Position numbers and translations under genes: made by a program. A DNA stretch of 64,000 nt, taken from contig CM068749.1 in assembly GCA_035084275.1 (NCBI GenBank), forward strand, positions 13,020,001-13,084,000, given 5' to 3'. Origin of the DNA: Hydrolagus colliei (Eukaryota). Positions 1 through 14,399 of this stretch are shown in pieces (the first letter of the stretch is position 1; every line of letters starts with the position of its first letter). Below the pieces are notes generated by a model. The model did no database searches. It was given only the letters and a program-made list of their open reading frames with translations, and was not told the origin of the DNA.

Positions 1-1869
1 GCTGTCCACAATCGGTGATGGCGTGTGAGTTTTGGTTTGGCCTCATCCCATATGTAAAGATTTTGCTGAGCTCCTCAACCGTTTGCATTCCTTTACAATC
101 TGATGTGTGCAGCCTTGGCAGGGAGCTGCATTTTGTGGTTGCTATTTCAGAACCTGGTGGTAACCATATCTGCTTGATCAGGGAGCCTGGGGGTTTGGGT
201 GGGGGTGGGGATGAGTCGTTCTCTGTTCATTCATAAATAATGTGGTAACAGGCAAATCAGCAGCCTGTCAAAAAAAAGGAGGAAAACTGTATTGGGTCAG
301 TTAGTCAAGACATTAAACTTCAAGAGAACTCCCCAAATGTCTAGTATTTGAACCAGATTCACTGGCCATGTCAGCAGTTTGATCCACTTTTGCTTAGTGG
401 GCTAATCTTAGTACCCACCGATTCTTTAATTTCACATTGCCATTTGTTTCAGTCATTGATTTAATTGTGTAGATTGTTGGTTGGCTGACAGTGAGTCACG
501 GGGCAGGAACTCCGTCAGCATGTCTGATGATATCATCAGATCCCCACATAAGCAAAGCTCAAAGGATTTATGAATGAGAGCAGAGGGGAGAGGGGATGGG
601 GGAGGGTCACTGCCAGGCATTTGTTATTCTTTAAGGTCTCAATTTATCAAAATGCACTCCTTATGATGAAATGTTCTCACTGGCTTGCGGTGGGTGAGCA
701 GAGAAGGAAGGGTCAATGGAGGTGAAAGGGTACTAAACGTCTACCAGGTATAGTAATAATGAGACTCATTGATACAATATTACTGCTAAGATATGGAACA
801 TCCTGGTTAAATTTCAGCTCAGTGTCACACACGTTTAGTGTAGATGACTAGGTTGACTGATGTTCAGCTCATCCTGATTACTTAGTCGGCTAATATACAC
901 ATCGGCTGGATGGTAATCAAAGGGAATCCACATCTGCATTCATTTAATGCCACAGGGATTTTAATGACCTGAAGCTCTGATCTGCTGCGGACCCAGATTT
1001 ACACCATGCCTGATCTGGCCAGATTGCCTGCAAGTCAGTTAATTGATCAGTTTTTTTGTGTGAAATTACAACTAGGAATTGATAAATCAGTTGTAATTTA
1101 TATTTAATGTTGCATTATCCAGATATCTCAACTGCAGATTGTAGTGTGATAAACCTGTAGTATGATGGTTTCTGAGCTGTTAATCACCAAGTGTGAAACT
1201 CCCCTAGAGTACAGATTAGTGCATCTTCCACGAACCCAGCACTTTTCCAGTTAATGTCCTCACTCTCACAAATCTTTGGAGCAAATATAGGCTAAAAACT
1301 GAATAAAATTCCCCTAAGACTGAGACAATATATAGTACAAATAATAATAGTAATTTCAAGACTGGTTTCTAATCGTGGTATTTCAGTGAGTGTCATGAAA
1401 TGCTGGACCTGCAATCTTGCAGTTAATGATGCCCTTTGAACCCTTTGCTTTGAGTGATGTCTTGTAATCATTGCTAGATGGCCATTATTCTCCATTTAAT
1501 TGACTAATTGTCAGACCTTAAATTTCTTGCATTTGATTTCCCAGCGCTTCTATTTGTCTCGATGATTTGTTCTCAGCAATGTCTCATTTATATTGGGGAA
1601 GAAATTTGTCACCGGTTCCAGCTTCAGCGGGGTTAGAAGGGAAACAGGATTTATATTTTTCTCTTTGAAATTGCTCTTGCCCAGGAACAACTAAACATAT
1701 GCACAAAGATGCACAACATGCAAAGAATCCCATGATCAATACAACAACGTACACCAACTTGCATTGATATAGCGCCCTTCACACAGGGTATCATGCTTAA
1801 AGTACATTTCTTAAATGTTATGAAAGATTCCAAAATGTGTCCAGATCTGTTAATAACACTAATGAGCTT

Positions 1870-2200
1870 CCAGTATTGGTTCACTTGCCACTGGTGGTGG
1901 GACAGATTGGGCATGAAGGGGGGGACATGAAACAGGCTAGTGTTTGCTGGGTAAAGGGAGTGTCCAGGTCGGTATGGGTGAAGAAGGTTGCAGAGATAAG
2001 GTGGAACAAGACTGTAGAGGGATGTCAAAGTAAATGTGTAAAATTACTTGACAGATATAGTGATAAGCATTCAGGATGAAAACTGTTCCAGAGACCATGG
2101 GGAATATGGTGGCTGATGGAATGAAAAGAATGGGGAACGAGAAATAGACCCGAATCAGAAGGGCGGGAGAATAGGACTGGAAGAATTTACAGAGGTTCAC
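1870..2200 (-). mobile_element. Decayed L2-clade LINE, ORF2 C-terminal fragment
   Basis: Minus-strand peptide YSLVPPYLCNLLHPYRPGHSLYPANTSLFHVPP resembles the L2 motif LAPxYLxxLLxxYxPxRxLRSxxxxLLxVP. An L2/SINE-type tail lies at ~1755-1810. Confidence 0.75.
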
Positions 2201-5200
2201 CTACAAAATACTGAACAAAATTGCTTTGAGGTGAAAGGCCCTATACCAAATGCAAGTATTTCTTGTTATATTTCTATTAGTGCCCATACTTTATAAACAA
2301 AAGATGCAGAGATACAGGCAAATTCAGAAATGTAAATTGCCAATTTTAAAAGTTAAAAAGTTTAGGGTAAGTATAACTTTGTATTCTTCAATAAGATTGG
2401 GGAACAATCCTGGTCACATCTGATCTGATTATACCTTTGGACTTGCCCCTGATTCGGAGCCATATTCAACATTACATTCAAACCTTTCTGCGACCCCACA
2501 CATTCACCTACTAAATACACATTCAACAGTACATCCTGTGAAGTGCTGAAGTGTGTCGACCTGACATGAAATGCAAGGATTCATTTTGTAAACATTTTTA
2601 AAATTTATAATGCATTTCAAAGAAGCTGTTTGAGAAGGGTTGATGATGTGATAAACTGCCAAGTCAAATATGGTGCAAAGATTATAATTATTATTATGGA
2701 TAACAATTTCCAAGGGCAGCAGCAGCTCAGGAAGACTTACTGAGCTTGTTTCGACAAGAGAAATATATTTGTCTCTCCTAAAGTCACAATGATCTCCTTT
2801 GTTTGTGCAATGATGATGCTGATTGATAATCTCGATTCTGCCCTCACAAACTTTTTGCGCTACTGCCTAACATATTGTACAAACAGCAGCACATAATTAA
2901 ATGCCGAGATCAATATCCGACTAACATAAACTTTACTGCCCTCATTATAGTCTCCCAGCTCCACCGCTATAAATCTCCAAGTGGGAGAGTGGTTGAGTAG
3001 GTTTCCAGATTCCACTATGGCTCCAGTACCTCTTCAGTCCTATGCGCTGGGACACCGTTGCTTGCAGACAATCCCATGTCCATTTCCACTCATTTAAAAG
3101 TGGAAGTCCCAGGGCATTGAGACATCCTGGGTGAGTGACAATGGGGATAACACTATCACAGAGGATTTCTGACTTGCAAGCTAAAATTCCCAAACAATAC
3201 GTTTGGGAAACTATAGAGGATTAAAGTTCTGTCATGATTTTGGAACAGTTTTGTGAAATAACCTTTTGCTAAACGTTCCACCTTTCGAACAAGCAAACTT
3301 TTTAATCACGTTTCCACCCACCTAGGTAATTAGTGTTGTCCTTGATCCTAACTGAATTGATGGGCTACAGAAACTTTTAGTTTGCAAACCAGAAATATCT
3401 TCACAATAGTTGTCCTATTATGAAAACACCAACAATAAACACAAATCAGTTCAACCCCACGGAGTGATTTTCTCTTTATGCTTGACACGGGCAGTGCAGA
3501 AGATGTACAGTAGGCTGTATAGATTTACTTTCATTGGGCATCGATTGATGACACCACAGTACTATTCATTATATTGCCAAACATTATCCAGCTGCCAGTC
3601 CTGGCACTGGAAATGTAGCTTCAAATAAACCTTTTCTCAAGGCATTTGTTTGCTTGTCAACACTGAGAGCCAAGAGACTTCTTCCTCATATCACACTGGA
3701 CAGTCAAACGTCCACTAGTTTCCCCTCCAAGTATACAGTAGTGTGTGCTTATTCCACATTCAATTCCACCAGGGCGTGGAAAGATTTTACGTTAGACTAC
3801 CAGGAGAGAAGACCAGAGCTCTGTGATGTACCTCGGGGAGTCAAGACAGTAGGAAGGAAATGTGTGTGGTGTTTGTGTGTGTGTTAAAAGGAGAGATTTA
3901 GGGCTTTCACTCCCTCTGGAGGGTTATGAAAAAGAAGTGCTTGCAGCAAAGAGGCATCTGTTCTTCCACTTGTTGCTTTAATGAAGGCTGAAAGCTTCCG
4001 TTGACAGAAGAGTTACTATCGATAGCTTGTCTGCTCCTAGCTCCTAAGTTTCGAAATGCAAACAACCAGCAGTTTCTTTCTACTCCTTATTGTCATCATT
4101 CACATTAAAACTTACACCTTATCCGCACAATGTAGTTTATCGTTTTATATATTAGTAATCCCAATCACACAGTTCATAGATGTTCTGTTTCATGTCCTAT
4201 TTAGAGTCCTTAATTAAATCTTAGCAAGATTAGGGTCATTGAAATGTCACTGGTGTTAGTCAATATTTGTCAGCAGGTGTCTGTTGAGGTCTATCTCTTG
4301 TCTGATTTTACTGCTGAACGTTTATTTCCATGGCTATGTAGTTATTGTTACAATGACATGAGTCTTTTTTCATGACCTACCCAGAGGCTGTATTTCAAAA
4401 GTGGCACAAATCGAACAACTCCATGTAGTTACTTTGAATTTTCAGGTTTTAGTGCTGCAGTATAATTTTTTAAAGGTCATTAAATGAGGATGGAGGTGGA
4501 TTTTTCTAGACCTAATCCAATTTGATTTTCTTATTTTTTCTGATATAAGTTAACAAGCAAGCTTGAAAAAGTTTGGGTTTTAATTTGTTCCTTTCGACAA
4601 TTTTTGGAGCTTCTTACTTTTCTGAGGGAGCGTGTACAATTGTGTAAATGTGGAAAAAAATGCAATGAAATGGTCCATCTCTCCCCTACTACAGTGACAC
4701 AATAGGCTGACAGAAGGAAATTAACCCTTTGAATACTGAAATGCTCAAGCTTTTCCATCCCAAGACATGTGGAAGGGAGAATTTCTGTTCGACTCTAGCG
4801 CTGCGCATTATGAAACATCTCCTAAGTTTAGATGATTTAAAAAATACATTTAGATAACATTTAGATAACAGGAGAACACATTTGAATTTTAATATAGTGC
4901 ATAAACTCCTTCAATAGTCATTAATCTAAATGACCCAAAGCAAATCGTGATCCAACCAGGACCTCCTCATCCCCATCACACAACACACATCAGATATTAA
5001 TATACAATACCTTTTCAGTCTGACAACCAGTGTAGTATATTACAGTAGTTTAGATCGATATATAAAAACATTGGTTGTAGCTTATAACTACCGCATTGTG
5101 CTTATTATACATTGATTTTCAGAAAGATTAAATTGCCTGGCATTTATAAAGAAAGTTGATAATTTTGATGATTGGTTCATCTTCTGAGTATCTCGCAGGG

Positions 5201-6426
5201 CTGACATATGATCTCAATATTAACTTAGATTATTGATTGTTCTCCAGTGGTCGATGTATCGGTGTTTCAGTATACCGAGTGCTCATGTAGCAATTTGCAA
5301 TGTTTCCATCACCAAGAGAGTGCTCAAAAGAGATAAAAAGAAAATTGCTAAAACAGACTGAGAGAACTTCTGTTTAGTTCACTTCAAAGATAAGTTCTTT
5401 GACAAAAAAATTAGCTCAGGTGTTGAGACAAAACAATTGTAAATCAGCAATGACTACCAATAATTTATCAGATTTCTATATTGTCAATAGTTAATTTATC
5501 ATACTGCTGTAGAATGTCAAACATAAAAAAAGGATCTGATGAAATGTATTGAAAGCCAGTTCTTTAGGGAGTCATACAGCAGGGTTTAATCAATCAAAAT
5601 GCGATTGATGAACTGGATTTTGTATAGTTTCCGTTTTCAGTTAAATGGCACGGACAGAATGGTAAATAAAGTCCTTTAATATTTCCGAGAAGCTTATGTA
5701 AAAGGTACTAGACATTAGGATTGGAAGTTTGTACAGGAATATAGTTGGTGTTATTGACAAGCTGTGCTATTCAGCTTTGCACTTGTGCTCCCAAGGGAAC
5801 ACCACACTAATTAATAGGAAGCCGAGACCTTTGAACTGCATTACTCTTATTTTCAAAATGGTGAGTTTGAACGAATATAAACCATAGAAGCGGTCAAAGT
5901 TCACCTTTAGGAGTCTGTTAATGTGGTCGCTGAGGGAATTGATCAATCTCCATACCTCAACATATTGATCCGCAGCCCATCAACCCCATCCCACTTGGTC
6001 TCCATCAGTTAGTGTGCAAACGAAAAAACTCGAACAACCAATAGGAAGCATCTAGTGAGACAAGTCAAGTATATTTACATCACCACTTCATTTTGGCAGC
6101 CTGCTGCTTGTATTTGCTGGTGCATGGCGGTGGCAGGGAGGAGCAGTCTCTAATTGTTCCATCAATTCTCTAACCTCTCAGGGCATTGGCAGCAATATGG
6201 GAGTTTGCAACTATGTCTTATACGCTAAACACAAAGATTTAGCAAAACATAGATTAGCATTGACTTGAGGAATTGAATTCCCTGCATCGCCTGCATGTTA
6301 AAAAGGTATACAAACACGGCACTCTTTGAAATTTTTGTAAAAAGCCCAAAGTAAAATTACATTTAAGTGTAATTACTTATGCATGCTTCATGAGAATGAA
6401 TTATTATTATTATTATTAAGTTTATT

Positions 6427-6592
6427 ATAGTTCCTTAAAAAAATCAATTGTTGGAGTTGTTCAAAAGATCTTATAAGATATTAGATTAGCCTTATTGTGG
6501 CTAGTTTTGTCTCATGGGTTTCAATAGGATTAGCTGTAAAACCAGTAATAATCTTACAAGATCGAGAGGGCTTTTGAATGACAAACTATGGA
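6427..6592. mobile_element. Old hairpin-type non-autonomous DNA element (MITE-like)
   Basis: Imperfect inverted arms gttcaaaa-gatcttataagatattag / taataatcttacaagatc-cttttgaat around a central catgggtttcaatagg. Confidence 0.45.
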
Positions 6593-7107
6593 GGATGATT
6601 TTATGTGAGGTTGTGGATTTTGTTGCTGTACAGTACATAGCTGCAGTGGTGTTTTGATAAATAGTATAGATCTGGTTCAGCGTGAAATTCTATCTATGTA
6701 GCATTTTAAGCCAACCAGAATTTGGAAAAAAATTTAATTCAGTTTTAATTGTTTTTCCTGCAGTTCTTCAGAGAAACATACAATAACAAGCTTCAAAAAA
6801 TAAGTCTGTTTTACGGAATTTGCCAAATTCTGAATTCCATTTGTCTCTAGATTTACACTACTAATGTAACATGTTGTAATTTGGAAAATTCTGAATGCTC
6901 TAAAATACTACATTAATAAAAGTAATCTAGACCCAGATGAATTTTAATATATATATCTGTACAAAGGTAATCTTTGAGTATCTTTACGCTATTGTCCTTT
7001 AAGAAAGAGAATCTCATGACTTTCAGGTTCATGAATGTCAGATGAAATTTGGACAAGGCAATTTCAAATAGTGAATTCCAACTATCACAAGGCGTTTCCT
7101 AGAAAGA

Positions 7108-7565
7108 TTAATAATAATAATAATACTTGCATTTGATATAGCGCCTTTCATATCTTCTAGATGTCTCAAAGTGCTTCACAGAATATACTGTAAAGTGAAT
7201 CAACCCTCCTCTTCGACGGTTCCATCGGTCACTCCAATTCCCCCTTTTGCTTCCACCCTCCCCATACCCGACCCCAGCTCGGATCTGAAACAATGGCTGT
7301 CCAGTGCCTTGGGACATCCTCCTGACGTGAAAGGCGCCACACAATTGTAATTTTGTTGTTTTTGTTGTTGTATATTTGTGGGTGAAATGCGGCAGCGAAT
7401 TGTACAGAGCAGTGACCCACAAACAGTCATGAATTGAGTGACTAGCTTTTTTTAAAAAAAGGATTGTTGACCGTGGAAAAGCGACCCACCAATCGACTTA
7501 ACAACCGGTTCCTACTTATTTCTAGGTAAACAGAAGCTTGTGGAGTAAGGAAACCTGTCCCAACG
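7108..7565 (-). mobile_element. tRNA-derived SINE (young family), interrupted by an L2 3' fragment
   Basis: Tail at 7108-7200 and body at 7371-7565 align with the uninterrupted copy at 29171-29443. Confidence 0.85.
7203..7370 (+). mobile_element. L2 LINE 3' end nested in the SINE
   Basis: Matches 21715-21878 (accctcctcttcgac...gtgaaaggcgc...aattttgttgttg). Confidence 0.85.
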
Positions 7566-9904
7566 TAATGGAATCAGTATGACCATACACTGACTTGTGC
7601 ATTAGGAAGTGGATTTGCCATATTTGTTTTCTGTATACATGGCTTGAAAAGAAGTGAAAATATGTTGTTCCATTTGTTAAGACCATGTAGAGCTTTTTTT
7701 TCAGGATTCTGCATTAATCCGAGACATTGTTTGCATTGTTGAAATTATAATCATAAAGAAACAGTTATTAACAAGCATGGATCAAAAGCAAAGTAGAATA
7801 CACAGCAGTCAACCATAACATTGATATTATGTGTAGCAAAGACACTCTCACACTAAGCTTAATGCATAGTGTAAATTAAGTAGATCTTGTTTCCCTGTTA
7901 TTCCTCTGCAGTGTGACCAGAATTGTTACAATTCATCCCCTCACATACCAAAATAAATGCTGGATAATTTCAACAGATGTCTTAGAGAGCTTGACTTGTA
8001 CTTTAGCATAAATAGACATACAAAATAAACGTGTAGAGTTGTTGTGTTTTTTTTGGTTACCAACTATTTGTACGGTTCTTAAAATCAGTCTTTATAACAA
8101 GGTCTTACTGTTATTTGATGAAATTTTCATTAGGCATTTAGAATCCTTGGAAGTATTGAATTTTATTTTTTCCATAACCAACTGTATTATTGCTCACAAA
8201 TAATTTTTTTCAGTATAATAATCCAGGGTTACCAAATTGGAGAATATTGTATGTGGGGGCAGGGGGAAGAATAAATAGAGAGAATGAAAAGAATTCATTC
8301 TGGCAGTGCAGCCTTGAAATTGGTTCGATTCACCCCAAACTAGTTTAATTTGTTGCTGTTAAGGGAAAATGAAGGTTTCCTTTCAATGTAGCAACTTTCT
8401 ACAATTCCAAGAGTCAGAATTTATCAATTTCAGCTCACAAAACAAGTATATGAATGGTATTTTATTATTTTTAAACCACCGTGTTCAATATGCTTGTCAG
8501 CTCATGGTTTTAAACACAGAGAACAGGATTAGAAAAGGATCAGAGTGGAACTCCTTCTGCGCTGCAAGATTCTATGATGAACTAATGCACTGACAAATCT
8601 GATATCACATTTCACCAATGTGGAATATATTACTGTTTGAGCTGTAAAGCTTGTTTCAAAAAACCTATTCTGTTCCACTCATAAACCATGAGATATCTTC
8701 TAGCTTTTGAAAGCACATCTAATAAGATCCTACAGGATATATTTAAAATCCAATACAATTATTCTCTGATGATTTATCAGTCAATTTTTAAATCCTCTGA
8801 CCCTTGTATGTATTTCCAGTGTGTTTACAGTATATTTCTGTTTCACACGCTCTGAACAAAATGCTCTGTAGAGCAAACGTGAGAATGAAGGCTTTGGTTG
8901 GATGGTCTCTGTCGACGTTCTTGTGGCCTCAATAGCACCGAACCTCCCAAGCACCGAACCTCCCAACACAAAAAATAGAGACTGAAATGGCAGACAGAGT
9001 GGCTAGCTAGAAATCCATATTGATGTAATAAAGGGGCTACATGAGTATAAAGAACCATGGGCTATTTGTCCCATTAAGTCAATTTTCTTCACCATTTGTA
9101 CTTAACCCAAACATTATATCCCCAGAGGAAACACTCTACACAGAGATTCCTTAAATCCCAAAGTCAGTGAAGCATATTCTTCCATCCCCTCATCTCCCTC
9201 ATCATCCCCGGCAGCATAGATATAATCATGTATGGTACAGTTAATTATTTTAATCTCAGGTAAAGTTTGATGCTTTTAAATGTAAAGTAAGCTGTATGCC
9301 CTCAGCTTCCCCAGCATGGTCTTAGCTTCAATACTTCCCGCTCTCTACCCAGGTAGTACAGTATCACAAATGTCCCATTTCCTTGACTTGACAAGGGTAA
9401 AAATAAAAATAGACAGTCAACAAGCCTTTGTTTCAAACCAGAGAAAAGACAAACTGAAGCAAGGTCCCGCTTTGTCACCACTAGTAAGTGAGTAATGGAA
9501 ATAGAACTCTATTTGAAATTAAATGGAGATATTTCCCCAAATAGTTGAAATGCAATAAAATGCTATTAATCAGCTGCAGACGGTTATATAAAGATACCAG
9601 CGGCATTTCAGTATCATGCAACTTTCCTGAAGTCATTAAATCAGACCAGAAATTAGCATGCTGGAGATTTAGACCATGCCTTGTGTAAATATTCTAATAT
9701 CACCCAGCAGGGATCAAATCCCTTTTCACTACAATGACACAACCTAAATGAATAAAAGACAGAACAAAATGCTGTTCTTGGGTGAATAGCTTAACAAGCT
9801 GCCCAGAGCTTTATCACTTTGGTATTTTTTAATGAAAGTAAGTGTGGTTATTTATTGTAACAGGTGACAATATATGAAACATTGGATTTACACAGCACTG
9901 GAGT

Positions 9905-10000
9905 AAAGCCAACAGAGAGTGAGGTACTGGATGGTGTTTAGCACTCTATTCCAGTAGAAGAGAAAAGTTAAACACCTTCAGGAGATGGGTGGGGAGAAAA
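9905..10000 (+). mobile_element. 3' fragment of an ancient tRNA-SINE-like repeat
   Basis: gtgaggtactgga...caccttcaggagatgggtggggagaaaa resembles the distal end of the family seen at 12820-13040. Confidence 0.4.
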
Positions 10001-12819
10001 ATGGAAGGAGAAACTTTGGTTGATACTCGTCTGTATCTGGTAGAGTTAAATATCTTTTGGTATTACACAGTCAGCATGTTGATCAAACATCTCAGCTTGT
10101 TGTGGGACCAACCATGGGTAGGTAGGGCATCACACCTAGTGCCCACATCCTCTGTGAGCTTTCGGGCCTTCAGCTAATCTAGCCTCCTGGGGCAACTAAA
10201 TCATTTAATGTGGAAATGAGCCCTTCATAAATCAGCCCTGCTGTTGCCCAGCAATTCTGGGACGTTGGCCATGTTTTTCATGTTTAAATCAAAAGGTGAA
10301 TCTTAGCTTGTAATTTGCAGTCTTGTTGGCACCAGCAACAGAAATATGGGGAAATCCGTAGGGACATTATATCAACATTCTTATCAATGAGTAAGTCATA
10401 AATATGTATTTTATATTGTAAAAAATGCACTGAATAGTGTCAATTAGAGACAGCCTGAGCTTTGTTAAACATCATGCCTTCCAAGAGGGATTAATAAGCC
10501 CATTTTCTATTAGTATGCCTTGCAACAAGCTGAATGACAATTAAGTCAACCTTTTCACTCTTAAATTTACTGTCTCCCCTTAGTGAAGCCCTAGAATCAT
10601 GCTTGGGTTCAGTTCTATGGGGTGAACCACCTCTGGAGTCTTGACAGGCTCTTTGGCTACTGTGCATCCTAACCAAACCTTATCTTACTTTCACCGTATA
10701 TTTGCAGATATGCAGACATACTCTTTTCAGCAGCGGTTCCTTGATAGAAATCAGGAAAGAGAATTTGATCTTAACAACATTAACTGAGGTTATAGTATTG
10801 CATGGGCAAAATTATTGTGAAAATTGCAGGGTGTAGTGTAAAACCACGTAGTTGATTGATAAATATGATGGCGAGCCCTTACCCCATCCTTGACTTGACC
10901 ACATTAAACCAAAAGCCTCCCAAGGTCAATGCTGGTATTGACAACCCATTGGATCAGTGTTTGAGTGCTGGATTGTGAGAATTCAGCGTAGCTCAGATAA
11001 CCGTACACCCAAAAGCAATTCAATAGAAAATGCTTTGTTTCCTCATTTAAATGGAGATATGTGTTTGCACACTGTCACACAGAGGACAGACCTGAAAAAT
11101 AGTGGGAATGGATTTTTTTTCACAATAAGCCATAAACAGATCTTTGCTTATAAATTATTACTATGGTGAATCCACTTCACCTGGCATTGAGAAATTTGAC
11201 TTCAAATTGACTCAGGAATTTTTAATTGGAATAAACGTTGGATTTTGAAGAATGTGTTGAAATAAGCCTGAATTTTGTACCAGAAACTATTTGATTTGTG
11301 GTATTTCTTAACTTATTAAGGAATCCAAGTTTCACAAATGGAGCAACTTTTGTCAAAATTAACTGCAAGTAAGCAACAGAGTGATTGGAAGGAAAGCTGA
11401 ATGCATTTTATTTAAATTCAAACCCACAGTCGTGAGGAGGTTTTGCGTTTGTCTCACCTTGTTTTAGTTGTCTGCAATCCAAGGTATAAGATTGAAGCCA
11501 TTTGTCTATATAGTAGATAAAATGCTTATAAAAAGGATAAATAAAAGGTAAACATAAGCCATTTATGGTTCATAAAAGATTTAGTTCATTGAGTTTGGTA
11601 AAAAATCCTCGTACCTTTTAAAAGCATTGTTGTAGCTGTTTACAAATTTATTGGAGTATTTTGCAATGTCAAAAAGAAAATACTTCACCTTATTTGAATT
11701 ATGAGTCTTGTTTAGAGATTGTTAGGCTTATACTGCAAACGAAGAGCAGGTGATTTATTTGACTGTTTAAGCAATGTCCAGTTGGTCCCTAATCCTGTAA
11801 TGATGGTGGATCAGTCATTGAGATGACGTTTTTATGCATTAGTAATTAAATGTTCTTGTCTAAAATCTTTGACAGCCATTGTACCTGGAAGGAGTTTAAT
11901 GCTTCCAGCTTCGCTAACCTGACAATTTCCAAATTCAATATCGAGCGCAAGTGGATTCTGTTGCAAGTCCACGTGGATATCTGTCTTCCACAACATTGAC
12001 AGCTATTAATATAAAAAAGATTATTTTATTTGTAATTTTGTTTTACATAAATTAATCCCTTTATGTGGTACATCCACTGCCGATAGAGTGGGCAGTCAGC
12101 CAACTTCCAAACCACCATCTGTACCCTTTACCTAGGATGATAAGCCTGTCAGATTGGGTTTTATTGACCTTTCCCATTCTCCCTGCTGGCAAATATTGCA
12201 GCCAAATTTGTCAATCAAATTGGAGAATGCACAAAGTTGAGGATTGACCCTAATTTGTTCTTATTTAGAGAGTTCAGTATGTGTCCTCATTCACAAATTT
12301 ATTCCTAGCATAAGAGAAGGAATGCACATCTCAGATAATTCTAATAGCAATAGTAAGTACAGGGGCTTTGAGTAACCTGTCCTAAATTCTTCTGGAAAGC
12401 TCTCAAGATAAAATGACATGAAGAGGGAAAGTTCAGAAATGTGGATAATATCCTCCCCTTTGATCAACTACAGAATCAAGAATCTGGCATTCTTCACCAG
12501 AACCTTACTTGACACAAGAGTTGCCTTGATAGAAGTTCAATAAAATGAATTAGAGTGAAAGTTTCATTATTCCTTCAGTGAGCTCAGAAAAAACCCCTAC
12601 AACTCAACCGAGCTGTATCGAGGGTGCAGAATTAAAAGAAACAACAAAAAGTACTTTATTTAGACGGTATATTTGGGGGTTGGGGGTGGGGGGGTTGGGG
12701 AGAAAATGAACCGCTGTTGGTATTCTGATCAGATAACTGCAAGAGTAAGTTTATTACATCAAAGGCCAGTGAATAAGGTTAGGATCCAAGTTGTTCATTT
12801 TTTGTATGCTTTCTTCTTT

Positions 12820-13040
12820 ACTTGTACTGGGTATGCTGCCAAGGCACTGGATGACTGCCAGGATCTCACCCAAGTAGCCTTCTTTGTGTATGAAGCTAAA
12901 ACACGCTGTTCAACCATAGGAGAGGGGGACTCACATCTGCGCTTAAACTGTCTTCAACTTGTCCACGCTGTTCAGCAGTGGTTCCACTCAGTATCGATCA
13001 GGAGCAACAACCCAGGTTAATTTTCCCTCTCCCCACCCTC
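12820..13040 (-). mobile_element. Ancient SINE-like repeat, body fragment
   Basis: Reverse complement (ctcctgatcgatactgagtggaaccactgctg...gtggaca) aligns with 16960-17065 (ctctaatcactttccagtgacccctgct...gtggaca). Confidence 0.55.
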
Positions 13041-14399
13041 ACCTTCCCAAAACAAAAAGTCTAAGTTATGAGGAGAAATTCCACCTGGGTCTATATTTAA
13101 TCTATTTAGATAATGTTTTAGAGCATTCAGAATTCAGAAAATTGTTGAGTTCAGTCTTAACTTTGAAGCTGGTATTCTGTTGTTCTGTATCATCCATTTG
13201 TTAAATGAGCTGAGCTGTCTAGTTATTGTACTAAAATTACTCTTCAAAATCCTGAACGGTTTTTTCCTGTCATGCCTTCTTGAAATATCCCAAGAGTATC
13301 GCTCTTATTTCATTTAGCATCTTATACCCAGACTGTGATGATGCTTAACAAGGCTGAGGAGTCCTAGTTTACCTAGTCATTCCTCAAAGTTTGTCTCTCT
13401 AACACCAGAAATCAGCTTTGTTGCTTTCCTCCAGATTGCCTCTTGGCTCCAGATGACTCCTCATTGTCACAGCAACCAGAGTGCTTTGCAGTACTCTTAG
13501 TACATCTTGAACATGACTGTTGGGATCTGACCTCAACTGAATTGGCATTGTAGCCCCAGCAGTTTTATTCCCTCCTTGTTTATTGCTGCATCTCACTGTT
13601 TGGACACTGGTGAGCAACAAACCAACTTGCATTCCAAGGTCTCTTTCCACTTCCCTCTTAGCAAGTTTATCTGATCCATGTTGTTCCTGACGTATTGATC
13701 GTGCTAGAATTCCTTATTTTAACGTACTTCATTGTCACTTACACGCGGCTAAAATATACCTTGTACATTGTGAATCCTCATGAGTATCGATTGTAAAATG
13801 CTAGATGTAAGTGCCAGGAATTCCCCCTACTTAGATCCACGTGTGGAATCTTGTAACTGTTTTAGAAATCCATTGAATTGTAAAAATAGATGTTGGGGAT
13901 TCCTGGAATGGACACAGGGGAGCAAATTACCCACACTGTTACAGTAATTACAATACAATTACAATATTCACTAACGTTCAAAGAGTGATTGTGAAAGCAT
14001 GTTAATTGTTGGAGTTGAATGAATTAATATGTATTGTTACAATATTATAAAGTTCTCCAAAGTCACCAAAGTGATTTGGATTCTGGGCACTGATGTCTGA
14101 GCTTTATCAGTTCTGTATTATTCTTTATTAGTTTAACATACATCAGCGGCAGATAGTTTTGACTTGGTCCAGTTGATTCAAATCTCATTGTTAAAGGTTG
14201 CTAAATAAGCATTAAAAAAAACGGATTGTTTGCATACCTTATTGTCAGATTTGTCATTCAGTTTGTCTCATCAAACAATTTGAAGATTGAGATGGCCCCT
14301 TTAAGAGTAACTTTTTGGGAGAGTAGCAGTTCTGTTACTTGATGACATGTGTACATCTTTGATTAACTTCATTCAAGTAAACCTGATGGAAAATAACTT

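Noticed and set aside
10920-10928. NR5A consensus sites CCAAGGTCA (10920) and TCAAGGCCA (53859) as autoregulatory elements
   Set aside because: A few matches to this degenerate 9-mer are expected by chance in 64 kb on two strands.
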